DNA from: the human T2T-CHM13v2.0 reference genome, Homo sapiens
Direction: 5' to 3' (one strand)
Length of the DNA stretch: 64,000 nt
NCBI RefSeq assembly: GCF_009914755.1
Contig: NC_060933.1
This document shows, one piece after another, positions 33,023 to 49,699 of this stretch; position 1 is the first letter of the stretch; each line of letters opens with the position of its first letter. Made by a program: the position numbers and the translations under genes. The notes under the pieces were generated by a model that made no database searches, was not told where the DNA came from, and saw only the letters and a program-made list of their open reading frames with translations.

Positions 33023-34343
33023 TGACCCCAGCGCTGTCGTGGCAGCGTCGGGAAGGAGTTGGAGGTGAGCTGGGTGTGACAGGCAGGGGAGGCACAGCGG
33101 GCACCAGCACCCGAGTCAGGGTCGTGAGCCGAGGACATGGCTGCGGATTCCCTGGGGCTGGGGTCTGCATCCTTTGTGGCTGCCTGGATGGTGGCGGGGG
33201 TGGGCAGCGTCAGCCTGGCTTGGCCCCAGGAGGAGGTGCTGCTTATGTTGTGTGTATCTGGTAAGCTGTGCCTTGTGCTTGCTGAGTGTGAGGGGTGTGA
33301 AGAGGGAGGGTGCTGCCGGGCTGGGTACAGGGAGCATCAGTGTGGGCGCTGGGCTTGAGGAGACACAGGATTGGAAGTTTCTGTTGGGTGCTGGTCCTCG
33401 GAGGAGCCCAGGTTGGAGGCTGCTGAGGAGGAGACGGGAGTGGGGAGTAGCCCTGGCTAGCAGGGGTGCAATTCAGGGGAGGGATGTCTAAGCAGAGGCG
33501 GAGAGTTCCTGGTCTCCCGAGTTCAGAGGTCACGGTGGGGGCGGAAGCCAGCATGGCCTGGGTAAAGAGACGCGAGCAGGGAGAGGCAACAGGCGTCCCC
33601 TCTGGAAGCAGACTTTGGAGGAGAGTGGACATGGAGGGTCAAGTGTTTACCCATCTGAATTAGAGGCTCCAATGGGAAAAGGATTCGTGCCAGTGAGGGC
33701 TATGGAGATGGTACGCTCAGAAAGCCACCAAGCTCATGTCCGAGTGGTGTCTTTTCAGGTGGACAGTGTTGCTGAGGGGGCGCAGGAAGGAATGTTCTGA
33801 GGAGCGCCCTAATTGTTCAGAGCAGCCCCTGAAGCCGTCAAGCCAGAGTGTGCCTGGGCAGCCTTGGGCCCCGCGCCTCAGCTCACACAGCCCTGGGGGA
33901 GCATCTGCACCCAGTGCTGCTGTACCTGGCCTGGCTTCAGGGGGGTAGAAAGGGGAGCAGAGGGCTGGGTCCCTCCACAGTTGAGGATTTGCAAGGCAAG
34001 GAGGCCAGGAGTGCAGGAGGGTGCAGGAGGCCCCAACCAGCTGAAGAAAGCAGAGCAACCCAGGAGCTGGCAGCCTCGGTGAGGCTGGAGAAGCCCAGGC
34101 TGGGGGCTGGGAAGGCCCTGGGTGGACAGAAGCTGGCCCCAGGCTGGGCCTAGGGGAGCGCTCCAGGGGGTCTCCACAACCTGTGTGGGCATCTGGGTGG
34201 AGGCTTCTCATCCAAACCGTACACATGGAGTTTTTCCCTAGGTGGGTGTTCAAGTTTGGCCAGAAACCATCGTTTTTATGTCCGTTTAAGCCACACTGGG
34301 CACTTAGTAGAAATGGGTTGATGTCAGTTCAATTAAAGAGTGA

Positions 34344-34499
<156 letters not shown>

Positions 34500-35815
34500 T
34501 GAGAGGCAGCTTCCTGCCGGAGCCCCACATTCTGCTCGTATTAGCACGTATTAGCACGGAGGTCACCCCGACAGACAAGAACTTAACGTGTTTGGATGCA
34601 CGCACATGTGTGTTTGCAGATAGAGCCGACAAGTTACCTGAGCCCTTTATCCTCTAGAAATGTCACTTGTGCCATAAATCACGAGTCATGCTTCCCCCAG
34701 CACAGACTTCGGCATGAGAGAAGGAGCAGGTTGTTGGGTCAGTCCAGCTAAAAGCAGAGGAACGGACTTGGCCTAAGAATTACCTTTGTTACCGAGTTCA
34801 TGCGAACATTCTTCAACAGGTTAGGGCTGTCGTAGTTCTATTTTAATACTCCAGTCATTTTCTAAATATTCTCTGTTCTCTGGGCTTCCCTAACAGTGAG
34901 GTGATGTCCCAACGCTTCTCAGGCTGCGTGGACTCCTTGTTCCTGGGTTGCTCAGGACGCTCATGGAGTAAGGCTTGCCCAGCGCCCTTCCCCAGCTGGG
35001 CTTGGTCCCCTGACCGCCCAGCAGCTGCGTCTCCTTTCCCTGGATTCTGGTCTTGAGCATTTCCTCCGCAAATGTGCCCGAGATTGGAGAAGTCAAAGCT
35101 CCTCTGAGTCATAAGGGAAAGTTATGCACACTTAAATTTAGCTGAACACTCATTTTTATAGTATTGACTTTTTTATGACCTCGATAAACTTGGTTCATGG
35201 TGAAAGGCAGTCTCTGTCCTTGGTATGGTAGAAAGGCCTGGTGGTGAGGACCCACGCCAGACAGACGCGAGGCAGACACGGGACACATGCCAGATGGGCA
35301 GACGCGAGGCACGTGGTTCTGAGGGCTCCTCAGAGGCCCACATGCCAGGACCGCCCAGCCGCCCTCCTCCAGATCTACCCGGCCACCCTCCCCCAGGCCT
35401 GCCCAACCACCTTCCCCCAGCCCTGAGAAACCCTCGACCGCCACCTCCCCTGCCACCCTCCCCCAGCCCTGAGGGGCCTGTGGGCTCCTTGTCGGGAGCA
35501 GGCTGGGCTGCAGGTGTCACCACAGCCTGGTCCAGCTATAGGCTTCTCTAGTATTAGCACCTCTGCCCCTCACAGTGCCTAGTGGCCCAGGCCCAGCTCT
35601 GTCCCCATGTTACAGATGGGGACACCGAGCCACGGCCAGGACCAGTGACTTGCCGAGGTTGTGGGCTGGGGTGCTCCTGGCTGATCCCCGGGTTCTTGGC
35701 TCCCTGAGAGTGCGAGATGCCGTGTCTGTGAGGTGCCTGCAGCATCGAACGCTTCGGATACAGAACCAGTTTTCTTCCTCATTTCAGTGACGTGGCACCA
35801 GCTGGCTTTTGCTGA

Positions 35816-35962
<147 letters not shown>

Positions 35963-36214
35963 TGAGTGAGTCCCTGGGTCACCCCAAGCCTGGTGTCATT
36001 TCTGGGACGGAGGCCCATCTGTGTCTGTACTTCAGGAAGCCCCTCTGGGAGCAGGCACATCCCTGGCGTACAGCAGCGTGGGGTGGGGGCCACAGAGACC
36101 CTGGCCCCGAGAACCAAGCTCGTGCTGTCCTCAGTCCTCTTGCTGCTGCCCGTAACCAGCCCAGGAGTGCATTTAAGAAGGCGTGGTCCAGTTAGGAAGG
36201 CGTGGTCCAGTTAG

Positions 36215-36619
<405 letters not shown>

Positions 36620-36916
36620 TAAAACCTGAATGTGTTTGTCCCAGTAGGGCTGGGATTCAGAAGAGAGCTCTTACTGTTGACAAGAGTGGGCTTGCTATAG
36701 ACCTGCTGAGTGCCGCATTTGGAGCTGGCCTTGGTTCTGTGCCCTGCATGGATGGAGGGAGGGACCTCTGACTTGGGAGGTCCCTGAGCCTGTGCAGCCA
36801 ACTGCCCCTTTCTTGTGAGAGTGGGCCTGAGACCCACCACTCCAGTCCTCCAAACCACAACTGAGAATCTTGGGTTGGGGCTTGGCAACCCCTGAGACTG
36901 CACAGAGGTGAAGGAC

Positions 36917-37555
36917 GGGCGCCGTGTACCAAGACTGTAGAGAGGCTGAGGGGGGGCGCCATGTACCGAGACTGTAGAGAGGCCGATTGAGGGGCGCCGT
37001 GTACCAAGACTGTAGAGAGGCTGAGGGGGGGCGCCATGTACCGAGACTGTAGAGAGGCCGACTGAGGGGCGCCGTGTACCGAGACCGTAGAGAGGCCGAT
37101 TGAGGGGCGCCATGTACCGAGACCGTAGAGAGGCCGACTGAGGGGCGCCGTGTACCGAGACCGTAGAGAGGCCGACTGAGGGGCGCCGTGTACCGAGACT
37201 GTAGAGAGGCTGAGGGGGGGCGCCATGTACCGAGACTGTAGAGAGGCTGAGGGGGGGCGCCATGTACCGAGACTGTAGAGAGGCCGATTGAGGGGCGCCA
37301 TGTACCGAGACCGTAGAGAGGCTGAGGGGGGGGCGCCGTGTACCGAGACCGTAGAGAGGCCGACTGAGGGGCGCCATGTACCGAGACCGTAGAGAGGCCG
37401 ACTGAGGGGCGCCATGTACCGAGACCGTAGAGAGGCCGACTGAGGGGCGCCGTGTACCGAGACCGTAGAGAGGCCGATTGAGGGGCGCCGTGTACCGAGA
37501 CTGTAGAGAGGCTGAGGGGGGGCGCCGTGTGCCGAGACTGTAAAGAGGCTGAGGA
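36917..37555. repeat. 37/38-bp minisatellite (about 17 copies, two unit types)
   Basis: ggggcgcc(g/a)tgtaccgagac(c/t)gtagagagg followed by ccga(c/t)tga or ctgaggg. Confidence 0.95.
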
Positions 37556-38562
37556 GCGGCTGTGTGTTCTCGGTGACTGAGTGAAGCAGCAGTGAGCCTC
37601 CTGGATTGTGCACAGAGGCCAACAGACACGTCCCTTGTGTCCCCAGCCCACCCAATCCCCACTGCCCAGGCGCTAGAATCTTGTGTGGGAGAGAGCAGGG
37701 GCCACTCCGGGAGCCTGGTTTTGGGAGCTTTCTGAGGCTAGGGCAGTGGTGATTGACCCATCCCAGCCCTCATGTTCCCTTTACTGTAGCCTCGTTCCCA
37801 TCATTGCTCTGGAATTCATCCATTGTCTATTTTAAAACCTCTTGAAACTTGCAGTAACTCCAAGCCAGTGGGGAAATAAAGGTTTTTCTCATCTCAAGCA
37901 GCAGCCACCAGACCACGGAATAAATCTTATACCTGGAGAATAGGGCACCAGGCAGCCGTCTTCATAGCAGTGGCCTCTGTGGACTGCCAACCTCAACCCC
38001 AGGCTCCGTCCCTGCAGCCACCTTCTAAGAAGTGACTGTTGGTGAAATGACTTGTGTTTCATAGAAGAGAAGCTGGGCTCTGGAAGGTCACAGTGTACAG
38101 GCATCTCCCTGTGCAGTGGGGCTGAGCTCTCAAGGGATGGCAACCTCCATGTGTGCATGCCGTGTGCAGAGTTGTGAGGCTCCTCTGCTGCGAACTGCCC
38201 ATTCCAGCCTTGCTGTGGAACGACTCGCCTTCTGTGGGCTGGTGACACATATCCTCACAAAGGCTGTGTTGTCACTCGTGTGTGCCACAGATGTCGCCTT
38301 CTCTCTATGACTTTTTCATTTCCTAATGATGTCTAGGAGTGAACAGAAGTTCTTTTTTTTATTCTAGTTCAGTTTATCAGTCTTTTTCTAAATACTGGGT
38401 TTTCGTAATGTCTTAGTGATATTTTTTTGAAAACTTGAATATTTCCCAGAAACGGTCATGTTTGCTTTCACGTGGCTTCCATGTGTAGGTTGACAGCCGT
38501 TCTGTGTGTGATGTAAGATCAGACTCAAGGTTTATTTTTTTCCCATCTTGTTACCTGGCTGA

Positions 38563-39533
<971 letters not shown>

Positions 39534-40473
39534 TAAGTTCTGAAGTCAGCTTAACAAGTTCTACAGAAGCTCCTGTAGGGATTTGATTGGGATTGTATTA
39601 GACCTGTCAGTCAGGTTAGGGAAAAATGAGGCATTTACTACCTTGTTTACTAGTTCATGAACATGGTATATCTCTTCATTTGTTAGATCTTTCTTAATTA
39701 CCCCCAGTAATATTTTATGGTTTTCTGTGGTGTGGTCTTGTATATGTTTTGTTGGATTTTTTTAAATCAAATAGGTTTTTGAAATTTTTTTCTCTTGGAT
39801 CAACTTTATTGCAATTAATTTAAATACAGTAAAACAAACTACTTTCAAGTATATGGTTTTAGTTTTTACAAATGTACATCCCAGTGTAATCAATGCCACA
39901 GTCAAGATATGGAGCATTTCTGTCACCCCCAAATCCCCTGTGAGCCCTTAGTCCCTCCTTCTCCCCTGCCCATCCTGGTGGATGAGTTCCACCTGCATTC
40001 ACATTTTCTATAAACGGAATCCTGTGTCCGGCTTTGCATGTTTTGTGATTTGCCCACGTGGCTACACGTGTCAGTGGTTTGTTCCTTTCTGTTGTTGGAC
40101 GGTGACCCACCTGGCCTCCCTGCTGGTTTATGCCTGCTTGCCTGTGGGTGGGCCTCCGTCCTTTCCAGTTCTGCCATCACGAGGAAACCTGCTGTGACTC
40201 CCATAGACTTGTTTTTAATGGACATGAATTTTTATTTCTCGAGTAAATGGGGGTGGAGTTACTGGCTCATATGATGGGGTACCTTTAACTTTAAAAGAAA
40301 CCGCTAGTTTTCCAAAGTGGTTATAGCACTTCCGTTCCCACCTCAGTGAGTGAGAGCTCCAAACACTGTGACTTAGATTTGCTGTCCTGATGCTTGATGA
40401 AGAGCCTCTTTTCATATGTGTGTTGCCATCCTTTTACTTCTTTTGTGAAGTAATTTTTAAAATTTGCCAGTTT

Positions 40474-41798
<1,325 letters not shown>

Positions 41799-44342
41799 TA
41801 AATATGTGTGTGATGTGAATATTTTCTTAGTCTGTGCCTTGCCTCCTCACTTTCTTAACAGTGTCTTTCAGGAAGCAGAATTTTGAAATTCTATTACTTT
41901 CCATGTCCTAAGAATTCCATGTCTATCCCAGGATTGTGAAGATTTTCTCCTTTTTTTTTAGAAGTCTTATGTAAAAATGCAAGTTAAGGCCAGACACACT
42001 GGCACGCTCCTGTAATCCCAGCACTTCTGGAGGCCGAGACGGAGTTTGAAGCTGCAGTGAGCCGTGATCGAGCCACTGCACTCCAGCCTGGCCTGTCTCT
42101 CAAAGATGTGGGTTTGAAGTAAGGATTGAGGTTCACTTGTGTCCATATGGACAGTTAATCCAGCACCACTAGTTCTGCTTATACCAGCTGATGGAGATCT
42201 ACGTCTGGACCATGTTTTGTTCCTTTGATCTATTTGCTGATCCTCAAACAATGACACATTCTCTTGACTGATAGTAAAGCTTGGAGCCAGGTAGTGTTAG
42301 GTCCTCATACTCCTCATACTCGGTTTTTTTTTCAAAACTGTTTTGCTCCTCCATGTCCTTTGCATTTCCATAGACAATTGAGAGCCCGGGCGTCAGTACA
42401 GGCCAAGGCTGCTGGAATTTTTGCTGAGACTGCACTAAATCTGCTGGCCATTATCGCATTGAGCCTTCTGACCCTGTGTCTGTAGGTGGCCCAGCTGTCT
42501 TTGAGTTTGATATTGAGTTTCTCTCAGCAGAGCCTTGTAGCTTTTAGTATGTAGATCTTACACTGTGTTTTGTTAAATGTATTCCTAAGCACATCATACT
42601 TTTCATGTATTATAAACAGTATTGTTTTTAAATTTCATCTTCCAGTTGTTTGTTGGAAATAATGCGGAAATACTTGATTTTTTTGTGCATTGACCTTGTT
42701 AAATGTATGAATTCTACTCACTTTTTGGACTATTAGGCTTGTCTGCACATGTGGTCACGTCATGTGTGAGTAAAGACAGTTTTTCTTCTCGCGTTCTGAT
42801 CCGTGCAGCTTTGTTTTCTGGAAGGTCGGGCATAATGCTTGTTCTCTTCCCGGCACTGGGGGAAGAGGTGTCCTTACCCTGTCTAATGTTAGCTTCAGGC
42901 CTTTTGTAAATGCTCCCTGGGTTGTCAGAATTCACTTCCTTGGCTGCAGGATGAGGCCTCTGCTTCCTTGCTGGCTGGCAACCGGGGGTGCTCTGAGCTC
43001 CTAGAGGCAGCTCTCTTCTTGAAGGCCAGCAGGAGAATGTCGGGGCTTTGCCACGCTGCCTTCCTCACATTCTGTGGGCCAGAAGCAAGTCACGCTCAAG
43101 GGGATGGGTTGATACAAGGGAGACTCTTGGGGCTGCCTTAGAATTCTACATGTGTGTGGGCCGACTCCCTCTCCTCACGGGCACCTGCCTTCCCCACTCC
43201 GAGCCACGGCCACGCTGACTTGCTTCCTGCAATCCTGCCTTTTCCACAATATCATGTAAGTGGAATCACATGCCATCTGGCCTTTACCATTTCCTGGCTG
43301 GGTCATGTGTGAGTGACCTTCAACTGTATGAGAAACTGCCCAGAGGTGCCACCCTGGGCACCTCTGTTTGTGTCCTGTGGATTTGGCTGGGCCATCAGTC
43401 TTGGGTGGGAGGGCAAGTGCAGCACCAGCTGACCCATCACAGTCAGAAGCAGGAGCCCTTAGCATCTCAGAAACCCTGATGCTCTTGTATTTGAAGGAGG
43501 CATATTTTTCCTCTTGTTGCTTGATGGATAGAAATAGAGTAGGTTTTTAAAATTAACTCTTTAACCTGTGGCCTAAAGTCACCTATTAAGTGTAATGATA
43601 TGTGTGGGTCCATTGTTTTGTGTGTGTGTGCCCGTGTCATCACCACGCAGGCTGCCCCGGTCCCCTTGGTTTCACTTCTCATTCTTGTCGTCTACACCGG
43701 CGGGGCTGCCCAGTGTCAGGGAGGAGGCGTGGCCTTTCAGGACTGTTTCCCGTGATGCTGTTGTGCAGGCGTCGGGATGCTTTTATCAGAATAACAAAGT
43801 TCTCTTTTCTGTCCCAAAGAGTTTCATGAATTGTTGTTGAATTTTGTTGAACATTTAAAAAAATCTATTGAAATAAGCCTATGATTTTTCTCCTTGTTCT
43901 GTTAATGTGAATATCTGATTTATATGCTATTGTTACTGGAAATAATTTATGTGTATTTTAACCATGTGGCGTCAGTGCTGTGTTGTGTGGTCAGTCTGGG
44001 TCCATAGGGGGTGGGTGGGTGGGGCGGTGTGTTCCTGTTTCTGTGCCGTCTCCTTGCTGCCATATCTCCTGCCCTGGTCTCTCCTTCCAGCATCTGGCAT
44101 CTCTGTAGGTCTGTTTCTAGCATCTGTTTTGCTGCTTATCTTCTTCTTTCCCTGTCTCCTCATGTTTCTGGTTAGTTTTGTTTGAGTGCCAGACATTGTA
44201 TTTTCAAACCTGCTTGAAGAAGATGCACTGGGTCACCCCGGTCCACTTCCAGGCACCAGGAGGCCTCAGAGCTAAGCTGCAGGCCGTGGCCTCTGTCACC
44301 CCAGCTGACTTTAGCCTCCAGGTGGCCCTGGTTCCTGGGGCC

Positions 44343-44460
44343 TGTCTCAGTCCGTTGAGGCTGCTGTAACAGAACACCATAGACTGCACAACAGACTGGT
44401 TTCTCACAGTGCTGGAGGCCAGAAGTCCAAGGTCAAGGCACCTACTGGTTTGGTTCTCAG
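44343..44460 (-). mobile_element. MLT1-type MaLR LTR fragment
   Basis: tgtctcagtcc...gctgtaacagaacaccatagactg...tttctcacagtgctggaggccagaagtccaagg. Confidence 0.65.
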
Positions 44461-47400
44461 GAGGACCCCACCGCCTGGCTCATGGAGGGACCCTGCCTTC
44501 TCACTGCGTGATAACCAGTGAGACCAAGACAGGCGGGTGGAGCCGCAGCCCAGAGGAGAGGGGAGAGCTTTGCTGGGGCTTCGAAACCACCTCCTAATGG
44601 CAGCATTGTGCACACAGGCCTGTCTCCCTGCTGATGCGGCTGTGGCCTTCACTGGCCAGGTTCCTCCTGCTCACCTAGGGCCGCACCTCCCAAACTGTCT
44701 GTGTGGAAGGGCCATTTCCATATTCCCAGTTCACTGTGGGCCAATCCTTTTGTAAAATAAGGACTGCAACTTACCAGGCTGCTTTTAAGTTGTCACATTC
44801 AACAGGCACAATACTGCTCCATCAGATCGCTGCTGGAGGCTCTCAGTTCCTTGACTCGCTTGTCATGTTGGCCGGGGGGTCCCCGCCTCCTCCCCCACAC
44901 GTCTGTGCTGTGCCTTCACACCTGTTCCATGGCATGGACTTTCTGTGCTTCCTTCTCCTGTCTGGAGCCACGCCTGCCCTCACCTCCTCAGGGACATCCT
45001 GTCAGCACTCTCCACACTCCTTGATGCCCCAGAGCTGCCACACTCGCCTGATTCCTTGCCTTCCAGTCTGTCTGCAACCAGATGCAGCCAGGCCTCGCCT
45101 CCCATGAGTGTCCCTAAGTCCAGGGCAGGCTCTGGTCCCCACCCACCCGAGGCAGCAGCATCTAGCCCTGCTCCTCCCTGCACCCTCTCACTTCTCAGCC
45201 ATGGACACACAGGCCCAGGTACGGTTCTTGTTCATTTTGGGGATGTGGAGAGCCACGAAAACACCAAAGCCTCCTAGGTGTCTGCTACAGCTCTGACCCA
45301 CGCCCAGACCCCAGACCCCAGACCCCTGTCCACCTGAGCGCCAAAATCTCTGGGTGCCAGGAAGCTTTCTGATTCTGCCTTCAAAGTATTTCCTGGACCA
45401 TTGCAGTGGGCACCCACCCCTGGGTCTGCCCCAGCCCTGGTGTTGCCATCTGTTCTCAGCCTGGGGCTACAGGGACCCCAAGCCCTCTGCTTTTGGCTCA
45501 AACCTTGCACAGCCCATTCCCCACTGACTGCCCCCCTCCACTGCTGTCACAATTGCTCGCACTCCCTCATGCTGTTCTGGAGCTGTTGAACATGCCCTCT
45601 GGGATCCTGCCCACCCGCCCTCCCGGTCCTTACCTTCTTTAGGCCTTTGTTCAAATCTCCCATCAACTTGGCGCCCCAGGGAGCCCTCTCCATGGTGTGC
45701 TTGCCCGAAACCTAGGTGGAAGGTTCTTCATCAGAGAAACCTTGGAAGAGCAGCACAGGAGGGTACATTTAAAGCCCTCAGCGGTGTCCGTTCCTTTGAG
45801 GGTTCTGGGATCTGAAGCCTCTGAACCGTAGGAGCAGCTAGGGGAGGCCGTGCCCCTGTGTGAAGGGGCTCCTTGTGCCAGCCGACAGGGTGCGACGGGG
45901 TGGTCGGCCCGGCTGCCATCGTGGGAGGGACGTGGACGAACGGCACGCAGTGGGAGGCCATGGGCAAGGTTGATGGCCCATGGGGGCGGCCCCTTTGTCT
46001 CTTGGGGCTACAGCCTGTGCTGTGACCATCCACAGGCCCCAGGGGGGTGCTGGCGGGCATCAGGGAAGTCCCGGTGACAAGGGGCATCAGCAGGGGTCAG
46101 AGGGGTGTGCCCAGGAGGAGCCCCTCTGCATTCTTCAGGGTGCATGGAACCCACACCCTGTCCCCAAAGATGCCCTGGACATGCCCTGGGGTGGGGGGTG
46201 GGGGGCAGCACATGCCAGGCTGCCACATGTGTGTGTGGCCTCAGGGAGTCTGGGCTGGGTCATCAGGCATGACCATTGCCAAGGCCACATCCTGACTCTA
46301 GGCCCCTCTGGTCTGGGCAGTGAGGCCAAGCAGAGCACAGGGTCTCGAGACCCCATGACCTCTAGGGTCACGCGGAGGCTCCTGGGGTCAGACTGAGAAA
46401 GGGGCTCGTCCTGAGAAGCCACAAAGTGTGCTCCTGCGGGGGTGCGGGGTGGGGGAGGTACCACGTCTCCCGGGCAGCCACAGATCCCACACTCACGGCC
46501 CAAGTGACGCTTGGTGCAGAGCTGGAAGGTTCTCAGGGTGGGAGGAGGGTTATTTTTAACGCACTGCACTAGAGCATCTCTAAGGCCGGTGGTTCTGGAC
46601 AGAAAAACCACAAAAATGAGAAGACCAGGAATAGCAAGTCCCCAGCCCTGGGGCCTCATGTCTGCAATGAGCCCTTGGTGGCTCTGAGCAGTGCCAGTTC
46701 AGCACCTTGGAGAGCTGCCGCCTCTGTGCCTCCCCTCCTGCTTGCTGCGTGGGGGCTTGTGGAGCCTGCTAGGAATCCTGGGAAGAGCCCAGATGGGCCT
46801 GGCCCTCCCAGATGGCCTCTTTTGCCTCTGGCGAAGTGAAGTGAGCACCTGTAGTGAGGTCCACTCCAAGCACCAGGCCCGGGTGTCTGTACAGAGCCCG
46901 GGTGGGGCATCCAGGCACCACGGGGAGGCCCCCGCCCTGGTCTCACAGACGTTGCCACTGGAGCTCGTGCCGTGCGCCCACTGCCACCACCTGTCTGCCA
47001 CCTGCACCTCCTCACCTGCGGCAGCACTTTCTCCACACAGGTTCTTCTCTGATGCCTCTTCCCTAATTTTAAAGGCATTCAGGTCTCTTACTTAGTTAAA
47101 AAATAGAAGAAAAATGTTTTACTTCTCTGCCACTTCCTTCAGAGATTCCTTTTTCTTGCCTTTGCAATTCCTTTTTGACCACACATTGTGAAAATTTTCA
47201 GACATACCAGAAAGCAGAGAGAATCAGGAGAGTGGAGACTCCTATTCCCCCACTTGGACTTGATGGTTGTTAGTATCTTGCTTTATTTGTTTCATCCTTT
47301 TTTGCTGATACAGTGTAAAGTTAGTTACAAATGTGACATTTTACCCCCAGTGACGTCAGAGTGTGCCTGTGAATAGTGCTGCCTGACGAGATTGAGATTG

Positions 47401-48742
47401 CCGTCACGTGAGGTTCATCTACAGACTCCTAGTTTCCCCGATGTCTTTTCCTGGTTCGCCCCTCTGGAGTCAGCTGGGGCTGTCCCTTGTATGATACTTG
47501 GCACATCCCAGAAGTTTCTTCCTACCAGCAGCCCACACAGTGGCCTATGGGGGAGACTGGCCAACGGCCTGAGAAATCCCATGGTCCACATTTCTGTGTG
47601 CCCCCCGTGGTGTCACCTCACTTGTTCTCTTATCCCGTGTTTGCGGCCAGCTGGGAGGAAGGGCTGAGGTTTGGCGACACTCACACCGGGGCTGCTGTGT
47701 CCCATAGGGAGCTTTATGGCCACCTCGACTGGCCACCCCGAGCATCCATGCCTTCCCTGTTTATTAACAGACATTCTTCTGTTTAAATAAATAAACCTTA
47801 AACCTGGGCTTTGTGGTTACTCCTCAGAGAAAGGCAAGATCAATGCTTTATTCTTACCATTTAGTTATCAAGTTTCAGAGGGAGGAAGTAGCAGCAAAGA
47901 AATTTTGGTCTTTTTTTTCTTTCCTCTGTTTTGAGTGTTAATGTGGGCTCATGGATTTTTACTTTTTTTTTTTGTTTACATTTTTACATGTGTGTTTGAT
48001 CAGTTATAGCCATTCTTATTTAATGGTCAAACTGCCCCATCTTTGGCCATGGGGAGCCCATGCAGGCGAGCCCGTCTCCTTTGGTGACACTGCTCTTCGG
48101 TACCATGTGACACCCAGGCCTCCCTTATGTTCCTTGCCCCACACTTGGAATCAGCCATTTCTCCAGGATGTCCTTGTGCTTTTGGAAGAGAAAGATTTTT
48201 AGACACTGAAATGAGACTCTGGGGTGCCCACTGCTGTCAGGGTGCCATGGGCTCTTGACTCACTTTTCAGAGGACAGAGTTATGAAGTAAATAGATTTTT
48301 AAAAATGTGTTCATGTTAATATTTCCAATTCAAATTTAACAGTGTAGAGTTTTTATCCAACTTCTTTGATTTTATATTTGCATCTCTTACAATAAAAATT
48401 TTGGTTTCTAAAATCTTTAGTTTCAAAATAGCACTCCAGATATTACCGATAACAGTAAGCACCAGTCCAGCTCCCGGATGGCATCTGCGCTTCTTTGCAG
48501 CGTCTCACTCCTTAGAACATGTCCCATGGAAGCTGGGCCCAGTCTTGTGCTTCGCGGCACCAGAAATGTTGCTTGTGTGATTGTGTCACTGGCTTGATAG
48601 GCAGTTACATTAATTTTAGTTCATTTTAAATGTTACAATTTAATTTTTTGTTTTTTGATTGTGTAAAATTTTTGCATGCTTGGGAAGTTCACACCCAGAA
48701 AAGCCTTGCTTCTCTCCATGTTCTCTGTATTCTGTTTCCTGC

Positions 48743-49077
48743 TGTCTTAGTCCATTCGAGCTGTGATAGCAAAACACTGTAAACCGTGAGGCTTACAAAT
48801 AACAGGAATGTATTTCTCACTGCTCTGGGGGCTGGAAGTCCCAAGATGAAGGTGTTAGTAGATCTGGTGTCTGGGGAGGGTTTCCTGGTTCGTAGCCAGT
48901 GCCTTCTCACTGTGTCCCCACGTGGTGGAGGGGGTGCAGCAGTTCTCTGGGGTCCCTTTTATGAGGGCACAATTCCCTCCACTCCCATGACCTAATCGCT
49001 TTCCCAAAGCCTCACCCTAACCTTGGGGTCTCAGCCTGTGAGTCTGGTCGGGGGGCACACACATTCCAACTGTAGCA
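48743..49077 (-). mobile_element. MLT1A-like MaLR solo LTR
   Basis: tgtcttagtccattc...ggaagtcccaagatgaagg...cacacattccaactgtagca. Confidence 0.8.
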
Positions 49078-49699
49078 CCTGCAGTAACCATCAGCAGAAA
49101 TCGAGAAAAAATACTCAAGTAGATTTCTTATTCCTTCTCTTTTCTTACACAAAAAGTGGTAGAGTGTAGATAGTGCACGAGCCCTTACCTTTCTCCCGAC
49201 AGGATTTGGGGAGAGTCATCATATTGTCCGTACATGGAAATCTTTCTCCTTCTTTTTGGGGCATTCAGGTTGATTTCAGCCCTTGCTATTTATCTCAAAT
49301 AATGTTGCGTACAAGTCAATTTGTTTGACTTTACCTGTCATTAGGCAAATCTCTGAGATTCTGTTCATCCACCCAGTGATGGCTTCAGCAGCCAGTGAAT
49401 TTCGATGTAGAATTTCCGTTGGATTCTTTTTCTGTTTCTCCGCTGAGACTTCTCATTTCTCTGATATTTTCATGCCTTGAAATCTTTCTTTGTTCTTCAT
49501 TGAGGACAGCCTTAGGAGCTGCCTTGAAAATACGTGTCTGTTGGCCCAGTGTCTGGTTCATCTCAAGGCTGGACTCAGTTGAGTGTTCTTTCGGACGTGT
49601 TCGTTTCCTCAGTGTTTCAAGCGTCAGGTCCCTTGAGTTGTTCCTGTTAACATGTGGGGAGGACTCTGGTTTCTCTTCTGCGTGGGCCTTGTTTCCCTA

